IMG/VR virus record: IMGVR_UViG_3300037560_000207
Location: 117,361-181,360 of that record
DNA from: a virus
Reading direction: 5' to 3' (one strand)
Length of the DNA stretch: 64,000 nucleotides
The notes under the pieces are model-generated. The model had not been told where the DNA came from and ran no database searches. It saw only the letters and a list, made by a program, of their open reading frames with translations. Positions 59,230 to 64,000 of the stretch are shown here, one piece after another. Numbering within the stretch: the first letter of the stretch is position 1; every line of letters begins with the position of its first letter. Both the position numbers and the translations under genes were made by a program.

Positions 59230-59311
59230 AATTCTACCTCCCCTTTAAAGATAAGGTCACAAAAATTCCGAATCAACATAGAAACGAAGGTTCTGTGAAT
59301 TCACCAATTGT

Positions 59312-59323
59312 TTATACACCATC
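59312..59323 (-). promoter_or_regulatory. Putative promoter (GATGGTGTATAA)
   Basis: Repeat of the 58585 motif. Confidence 0.55.
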
Positions 59324-59379
59324 ATCTATATCTTTGTGGGGACAAATTCCACCATTCCGTAGTACCTTCCAATGCGCAC

Positions 59380-59415
59380 AAAAAAAAACCGGGCGATCTT
59401 AAAGACCGTCCGGTT
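59380..59415 (-). terminator. Strong intrinsic terminator
   Basis: ACCGGACGGTCT-TTA-AGATCGCCCGGT followed by a run of T. Confidence 0.85.
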
Positions 59416-59437
59416 CTGTGTTTTCATGTATCTGAAT

Positions 59438-59509
59438 TTACACAGCATCACCCAGACGGTCCAAAGACCGTTGACTACTCGATTGGGATGATTGCTGGAA
59501 ATTCTTCAT
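59438..59509 (-). CDS. Candidate leader/small ORF MKNFQQSSQSSSQRSLDRLGDAV
   Basis: GAGGAAG RBS; promoter-like GTTGTATATAA upstream; overlaps a structured RNA segment. Confidence 0.35.
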   Translation of the reverse strand: MKNFQQSSQSSSQRSLDRLGDAV

Positions 59510-59550
59510 TTCTTCTTCCTCACATTACTTATATACAACTGATGATATTT

Positions 59551-60186
59551 CTATATTTGCAATTGACTCAATTTTTGTTTTATTTCTAATTCAGTTAAAC
59601 CAATTGCTTTTGTAAGTAAAGCTATTCTTTGATCCCTAGATAATGAAGCCGCATCCTTTTCAGTTAATAATAAATCTTGAAGAATATATTCCAGTTTACA
59701 ATATTTTGACAACCGTACTCGTGGGCCAATACCATTAAACCTCCAATATTTTTCTTCGTTACGTTGCTCTATTTCTAATCCTGTTTTTGGTGACAAAATT
59801 TCTATACAATAATAAATATTAAAATCATCAAGATTAGTAATAACACTATCAGGGTCTAGAATTTTTTGTTGTTTAGCATCCCACACAACAGCATGACCAG
59901 ATCGGACTAAATTGATCGGAGCAATTAAAAGTATACAATGATTCTTCATTGGTGGAATAAATTTAACTCCTCTACATCGAATACCAAGATGCGTTTTTAA
60001 AATATCATATTGCTCATCTGCATATAATTGTAAATCTGTATGATCCATAACTTTTTTATGCTGACGTGGAGAAACACGACTTAATTTTTCTCTCATTTCG
60101 AAATAGGAAACACGAGCTATCATAGCTAGACATGCTATTGAACAACTATACTTATCCATTGATTTAACATGTTTAATAGATTTCAT
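59551..60186 (-). CDS. Peptidase C39-like (papain-fold) protein
   Basis: SCSIACLAM, GHAVVWD, ILDP catalytic Cys/His/Asp pattern. Confidence 0.7.
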   Translation of the reverse strand: MKSIKHVKSMDKYSCSIACLAMIARVSYFEMREKLSRVSPRQHKKVMDHTDLQLYADEQYDILKTHLGIRCRGVKFIPPMKNHCILLIAPINLVRSGHAVVWDAKQQKILDPDSVITNLDDFNIYYCIEILSPKTGLEIEQRNEEKYWRFNGIGPRVRLSKYCKLEYILQDLLLTEKDAASLSRDQRIALLTKAIGLTELEIKQKLSQLQI

Positions 60187-60443
60187 ACATTATCTCCTAT
60201 TACCCACATTCCCCGTGACTCATAATATTCACCAAGTGTCTGATGATCTTTATGATCTTCACCATCTTTGCATGATTGACAAATCAAATCTTGACACATA
60301 CAAAAAAGAAGGTCTTTAAGTAACATTTTCTTTTTACAACTATCGCAATCAAATGGATCATTTTCTGTAGTAAGCCCCGCTTTATGTCGTTCTGACATTT
60401 CGTTAATTTTTTCCCAAATTTTACTCCAGTCAATTACTTCCAT
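60183..60443 (-). CDS. Small Zn-finger protein
   Basis: CDSC...C.C...CQSC....H..H. Confidence 0.65.
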   Translation of the reverse strand: MEVIDWSKIWEKINEMSERHKAGLTTENDPFDCDSCKKKMLLKDLLFCMCQDLICQSCKDGEDHKDHQTLGEYYESRGMWVIGDNV

Positions 60444-60760
60444 TAACCTACATGCTCCATCAGGAAATCAAAATGCATTTGATCAGTAGGCTCAATACAG
60501 AATGATGGACAATCAAATTTTAGTTTCATTCCACATATGATTGTTCCTAGATGTCTAATACCTTCTTCTAATATTTCTTGTACAAACTTATGCTTGTTAT
60601 TTACTGAAACTATATTATTATAATCAAAATCAGATGCCATAAAAACAGCGAGTTTCACTTCCGCATTTGCATCCAAACAAATAACTTCTCCATGCTTACC
60701 ATATTTATGATAATAACTGCGTTCCATTCGTCTAATTTCATTAATAATATGCCATGTCAT
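60443..60760 (-). CDS. Hypothetical protein
   Basis: AAGGA RBS; TAATG coupling to the next gene. Confidence 0.65.
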   Translation of the reverse strand: MTWHIINEIRRMERSYYHKYGKHGEVICLDANAEVKLAVFMASDFDYNNIVSVNNKHKFVQEILEEGIRHLGTIICGMKLKFDCPSFCIEPTDQMHFDFLMEHVG

Positions 60761-60801
60761 ATCTAATTCCTTTCGGTTAAACTAGTTCATTTACACAACA
60801 A

Positions 60802-60875
60802 TGGGCCTAGAGAGATTTGAACTCCCGACACCCGGTTCCGTAGACCGGTGCTCTAATCCATTGAGCTACAAGCCC
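60802..60875 (-). tRNA. tRNA-Arg(ACG)
   Basis: GGGCTTG acceptor, GCTC D stem, CCGGT-CTACGGA-ACCGG, GGGAG-TTCAAAT-CTCTC; no encoded CCA. Confidence 0.92.
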
Positions 60876-60879
60876 TCAA

Positions 60880-60952
60880 AGTCCCCATTCGGAGTTGCAC
60901 CGAAACTTCCAGCTTGGAAGGCTGGTGTGCTGCTGTTGAACACTACGGAGAC
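60880..60952 (-). tRNA. tRNA-Gly(TCC), atypical D and T loops
   Basis: CCAGC-CTTCCAA-GCTGG, U73; T loop TGCAACT; D loop lacks GG. Confidence 0.85.
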
Positions 60953-60956
60953 ATAA

Positions 60957-61028
60957 TAGGCCGAGCAGGAATTGAACCTGCAACTGCATGTTCATAAGAC
61001 ACACTCTCTACCATTGAGTTACCGGCCC
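60957..61028 (-). tRNA. tRNA-Ile(TAT)
   Basis: GGGCCGG/TCGGCCT acceptor, A73, TGTGT-CTTATGA-ACATG, GCAGG-TTCAATT-CCTGC. Confidence 0.8.
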
Positions 61029-61280
61029 TTAATCAATTACTACAAACAATTGATCTCGCATAGCTAGAGAAATTTGTCCATCTTCTGTTCTTATCACATA
61101 TAATGTGTTTTCACTACTATCAAATGATGAAAATAATAATTTACCTTCAATTTCAACTTCGGGGTCTTTTTCTATACAACAGATATGTGAATTTTGATGA
61201 TAATAAAAACAAATATTACGATCAATTGATTTATTTTCTAATTCTCTTTCATGTGCTCTACGTACTTTGTGTTTTGTCAT
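61029..61280 (-). CDS. Hypothetical protein
   Basis: AAGGAG RBS before the ATG at 61280. Confidence 0.6.
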   Translation of the reverse strand: MTKHKVRRAHERELENKSIDRNICFYYHQNSHICCIEKDPEVEIEGKLLFSSFDSSENTLYVIRTEDGQISLAMRDQLFVVID

Positions 61281-61291
61281 TTTAAATCTCC

Positions 61292-61522
61292 TTATGGGAA
61301 CCATCCATCTCTGTGATAACTACCTTCACTGTCTCGCCACCAAACGTAAATATACTTCGTTGGATCAAAACAAAAAGAAAAATCATTAACACTTAACCAC
61401 CCATAGCTTCCTACTATTTCGATGCTATGGAACACAGTACCAAGTCTATGGAATTTTTGACCTTGCCCTTCAACTCGATACCAAACCCCTTCAATGCTTG
61501 GTGCGGTTTCATTACACTGCAA
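61292..61522 (-). CDS. Hypothetical protein (start uncertain)
   Basis: TTG start without a clear RBS; fills the gap between neighbours. Confidence 0.4.
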   Translation of the reverse strand: MQCNETAPSIEGVWYRVEGQGQKFHRLGTVFHSIEIVGSYGWLSVNDFSFCFDPTKYIYVWWRDSEGSYHRDGWFP

Positions 61523-61554
61523 AAAGTTATAAAAATCAAACCAGTTTATTGTGT

Positions 61555-61743
61555 CTACTCATCATCTACAGCAAACTGTTTAAACCTCAATAAATGCCCA
61601 GTTAATAATTCAAATGTTTCTTTTGTTATTTCTCCTTCAGTGAATTGTAATTCTAGATAAAACCATAAACATCTCCACGAATCCCATAAATAATGTTTTT
61701 CTGGAAAAATCTTTTTATCACAATCTTCATATCTCAAAATCAT
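61555..61743 (-). CDS. Hypothetical protein
   Basis: AAGGAG RBS. Confidence 0.6.
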   Translation of the reverse strand: MILRYEDCDKKIFPEKHYLWDSWRCLWFYLELQFTEGEITKETFELLTGHLLRFKQFAVDDE

Positions 61744-61759
61744 TTTAATCTCCTTTCAA

Positions 61760-61843
61760 TACCTATGGTTGGATTCGAACCAACACGTCCTTTCGGACAC
61801 GGACATTTGAAATCCGCACGTCTACCAATTCCGTCACATAGGC
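61760..61843 (-). tRNA. tRNA-Leu(CAA)
   Basis: GCCTATG/CATAGGT, CGGAT-TTCAAAT-GTCCG, variable arm TGTCC-GAAA-GGACG, TTCGAAT loop. Confidence 0.92.
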
Positions 61844-62118
61844 TGATGATTGGGTAAATAACATTGAAGGTTTTGTGGATGAATCAACATAGGAGAATAT
61901 CCATCTGTTAAAGCTTTTATCTCTCCATCAGTTAATACAATATCCCAAATCCCTATTTCAGTCACGTTACATTGTCTATATTGATCAATACCAATAAATT
62001 CAAAAGCTTCATTAAGACAATCTATTAAACCATCTGCTGTAGTAAAAACAACAGCTATTTGGTGATGATATTTTTTATTTATATGTCTACGCCAAAAAGA
62101 CATTGTTAAATTATTCAT
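61834..62118 (-). CDS. Hypothetical protein with LamG/ConA-like C-terminal fragment
   Basis: EIGIWDIVLTDGEIKAL..G.SP..I.P.NL..Y.P; AAGGAG RBS; stop lies within tRNA-Leu. Confidence 0.45.
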   Translation of the reverse strand: MNNLTMSFWRRHINKKYHHQIAVVFTTADGLIDCLNEAFEFIGIDQYRQCNVTEIGIWDIVLTDGEIKALTDGYSPMLIHPQNLQCYLPNHQPM

Positions 62119-62139
62119 TTATTTCTCCTTTTTATATAC

Positions 62140-62214
62140 TACCCCGAGAGAGATTCGAACTCTCACTGTCACAGTCCTAAGCCGTGGGCCTCCTACCAAT
62201 TGGGCTACCGGAGC
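62140..62214 (-). tRNA. tRNA-Leu(TAG) without long variable arm
   Basis: CACGG-CTTAGGA-CTGTG, 5-nt variable loop ACAGT, GAGAG-TTCGAAT-CTCTC, A73. Confidence 0.85.
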
Positions 62215-62218
62215 TAAT

Positions 62219-62302
62219 TACCCTCGGTGAGATTCGAACTCACACATCCTTACGGATAATGGGTCTTAAACCCATCGCGTATTCCTGTTTCGCCACGAGG
62301 GC
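62219..62302 (-). tRNA. tRNA-Leu(TAA)
   Basis: GCCCTCG/CGAGGGT, ATGGG-TTTAAGA-CCCAT, variable arm TATCC-GTAA-GGATG. Confidence 0.93.
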
Positions 62303-62721
62303 TATAAACGATCAAGTTGTTTTGCTCTTCCCCAACTTGCTCCACATGACCTACTACAAAATGGTCCATCACTATTACGTTTCTCTTGGTTGTCTCTAAT
62401 TCTATAATCAGCTCTTTCAAAGTTTTCATGACACCATGGACAAATATATTTTTGTGTTATAATTGGTTTATGATGATCACGAGCATGATCTATAATAAAT
62501 TTAGCTTTCAAATTTTCTAATCGATCATCTGATCTATTACCATTCTTATGATGTATATGCACATTGGATGGCAAACGACCATATTTATATTTGTAGAGAT
62601 ATCGATGCCATGTAATTCCCCGAATGGTTCCATCAGCATATTGAACCATACACATCTTATACCCATGTGTATATGGTCCAGTCGGTCCACTTCTCAAAAT
62701 AGGTCTATCTACTATAACCAT
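62302..62721 (-). CDS. HNH homing endonuclease inside the tRNA cluster
   Basis: HRY.Y...YG.LP...HIHHKNGNRSDDRLENL; C-terminal CPWC..FCS.SC. Confidence 0.9.
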   Translation of the reverse strand: MVIVDRPILRSGPTGPYTHGYKMCMVQYADGTIRGITWHRYLYKYKYGRLPSNVHIHHKNGNRSDDRLENLKAKFIIDHARDHHKPIITQKYICPWCHENFERADYRIRDNQEKRNSDGPFCSRSCGASWGRAKQLDRL

Positions 62722-62744
62722 CCCATCTATTGAGCTACCACCCC
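62722..62744 (-). pseudogene. 5' fragment of a tRNA
   Basis: GGGGTGG-TA-GCTCAAT..., cut off by the HNH ATG. Confidence 0.5.
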
Positions 62745-62753
62745 TTCGCCTAT

Positions 62754-62799
62754 TAACAGGAGCAGGACTCGAACATGCAAAAACCAGTCATGTTCATAA
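62754..62799 (-). pseudogene. 3' fragment of a tRNA resembling tRNA-Ile(TAT)
   Basis: TTATGAACATG...GCATG-TTCGAGT-CCTGC-TCCTGTTA; the first 11 nt are identical to the anticodon region of the 60957 tRNA. Confidence 0.55.
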
Positions 62800-62803
62800 T
62801 TTA

Positions 62804-63154
62804 TTATTCCCATTCATTCGTATCCCAGTTTTTTCTATAAATTGGAATCGCATTTCCACAATTATCACAAACATTAAGATTACGACAAACATGATTTTTT
62901 ATATAATAGTAATTTTTACATAAACATCTTTTATGTTCTGTATATGCACCTTGTATTATAATTTTTGTATTGTCTAATTGTAGAATTAAACCAGCAATTT
63001 GACTAGCATTTTTATCGATTAATTTTATACGATCTTCGTCGGAACAATTTGGTGGTACCAACAAACGGAATTCCAATGGATACATATCATCTATTTCTCT
63101 TTTAAACCACAATATTATTTCAGTCCATCCATCAGGAATTCTTGTCTTATCCAT
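62804..63154 (-). CDS. Hypothetical protein with C-terminal Zn ribbon
   Basis: CLC...C....CDNC. Confidence 0.6.
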   Translation of the reverse strand: MDKTRIPDGWTEIILWFKREIDDMYPLEFRLLVPPNCSDEDRIKLIDKNASQIAGLILQLDNTKIIIQGAYTEHKRCLCKNYYYIKNHVCRNLNVCDNCGNAIPIYRKNWDTNEWE

Positions 63155-63168
63155 TAAGTTACACCCTA

Positions 63169-63366
63169 TTATTCGTCCTCTGGTTTAAAAAGATCATTAA
63201 GTAATTCCTCTGCTAATTTAGCTTGGCCATCTTCAAAGCCACCGCTATAAGCATCATCAATATTACCTCCCGCAAAATCATTGATAATAGCCTCTATATC
63301 ATCACACCAACATTCACGAGAAGCCAATTTCTTTAATTTTTCACGTAATTGTTCACTAATTCTCAT
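63169..63366 (-). CDS. Hypothetical protein
   Basis: AAGGA RBS before MRISEQ. Confidence 0.6.
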   Translation of the reverse strand: MRISEQLREKLKKLASRECWCDDIEAIINDFAGGNIDDAYSGGFEDGQAKLAEELLNDLFKPEDE

Positions 63367-63385
63367 ACATCTTTTCCTTATCTTG

Positions 63386-63859
63386 TTAGTATTTCCAAGA
63401 ATATCCAGATTGTTCAAAAATACGTAAATATTCATTCCATTTTTTACGTTTTACTATTTTTTTAGCTGCTGCTAAATATATCCCATTACAATAATGATTA
63501 CCATAGTGTTCTGGACAATCCAATATCCGTAAGATAAACCATACCGATCGACAATGTGATCTGATGAATCCATAATCCAAACATTTACGCAGTCCGAATG
63601 CTATAGCATGAACTTCATTTAGAACATGATTATTTTTGCAACAACAAATACAGTGAGTTGCAGAACAATAATGATGTCCTAATTCATGAAGAAATACTTC
63701 GGCTTTTCGATATAATGGTAATGATGAAGATATAACAATACATGATGTACGGTCGTGGTTTGTTTTATATACTCCCTCCCATTTGACCATATGACGTTCA
63801 TATATTGGAATTGGAGATTGATCATATAAATCTTTAAGTGCTTGTCGAGTTACATTCAT
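63386..63859 (-). CDS. ImmA/IrrE-like HExxH metallopeptidase (DUF955-like)
   Basis: EVFLHELGHH...NEVHA..F. Confidence 0.75.
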   Translation of the reverse strand: MNVTRQALKDLYDQSPIPIYERHMVKWEGVYKTNHDRTSCIVISSSLPLYRKAEVFLHELGHHYCSATHCICCCKNNHVLNEVHAIAFGLRKCLDYGFIRSHCRSVWFILRILDCPEHYGNHYCNGIYLAAAKKIVKRKKWNEYLRIFEQSGYSWKY

Positions 63860-63999
63860 GCAATAATTTCAACTTCAATTCCACGTTTTCGCGCTTCAGT
63901 CACCGTATGTTTGGTACCTTTAGAATTATCAATATCATCGTGGAACGCAATAACCAAATGAGGCTTCGTATTAAGCATCTTAATGTTTCTTATTGGTCC
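63856..63999 (-). CDS. 3' end of DUF2493/SLOG-family protein (partial)
   Basis: GPIRNIKML...HLVIAFHDDIDNSKGTKHTV.EARKRGI; TGA overlaps the next ATG. Confidence 0.8.
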   Translation of the reverse strand, partial: GPIRNIKMLNTKPHLVIAFHDDIDNSKGTKHTVTEARKRGIEVEIIA

Positions 64000-64000
64000 T

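Noticed and set aside
59420-59510. Known riboswitch or SRP RNA
   Set aside because: It lacks the SRP GGAA-loop/AGCAG motif and the c-di-GMP, SAM or T-box consensus elements I could check by eye. Reported instead as an unassigned structured element.
61522-61562. Frameshift joining ATG 61562 (MSRH) to the 61292 ORF (INWFDFYNFLQC...)
   Set aside because: It needs skipping of one A with no slippery or structural signal and no homolog support. Kept only as start uncertainty.
62722-62799. Circularly permuted or split tRNA made from the two fragments
   Set aside because: The putative acceptor halves GGGGTGG and TCCTGTT pair poorly (two mismatches, several G-U), so two independent relics fit better.
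1-64000. Stop-codon reassignment (TAG or TGA recoding as in some large phages)
   Set aside because: Conserved genes are full length under the standard code, TAG and TGA terminate coupled genes cleanly, and there is no suppressor anticodon (the TAG anticodon is Leu, not CTA).
1-64000. CRISPR array, diversity-generating retroelement or retron
   Set aside because: I saw no regularly spaced direct repeats, no reverse transcriptase motifs and no TR/VR pair by eye. A self dot-plot would be the decisive test.

Overview
64 kb segment of a large, AT-rich, tailed dsDNA bacteriophage. No host-type housekeeping genes are present, and the ~1700-aa tape measure implies a long tail. Two arms converge at 38456-38459. 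The + arm (1-38459) covers replication, nucleotide metabolism and glycan synthesis: class II RNR with a LAGLIDADG intein, phosphoesterase/HAD/kinase trio, two Cas4-like nucleases, RNase H, RecA, dCMP deaminase, DnaB, DnaG, DUF5664, SSB, a sigma70-like factor, a Rad52-like and a Whirly-like ssDNA protein. DnaE is split into two genes ~5.1 kb apart, with a glycosyltransferase/methyltransferase cassette between them and an HNH-type intein in the C-half. A second GT cluster lies at 30-36.8 kb. The - arm (38456-64000) carries tail/virion genes, chaperones, small accessory genes, six tRNAs (three structurally atypical) and two tRNA relics. Homing endonucleases are abundant. Best leads: (1) about 8 GTs plus 4 methyltransferases together with strongly Ser-Gly-enriched virion proteins, a possible virion O-glycosylation system; (2) intein-free split DnaE with an internal duplicated module; (3) a Ser/Gln-rich leader ORF with alternative hairpins upstream of a terminator, possibly an attenuator; (4) a Whirly-like protein; (5) tRNA-Gly with a non-proteinogenic signature, tRNA-Ile(UAU) and an armless tRNA-Leu(UAG). 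All family assignments come from motif recognition by eye; no database search was run.
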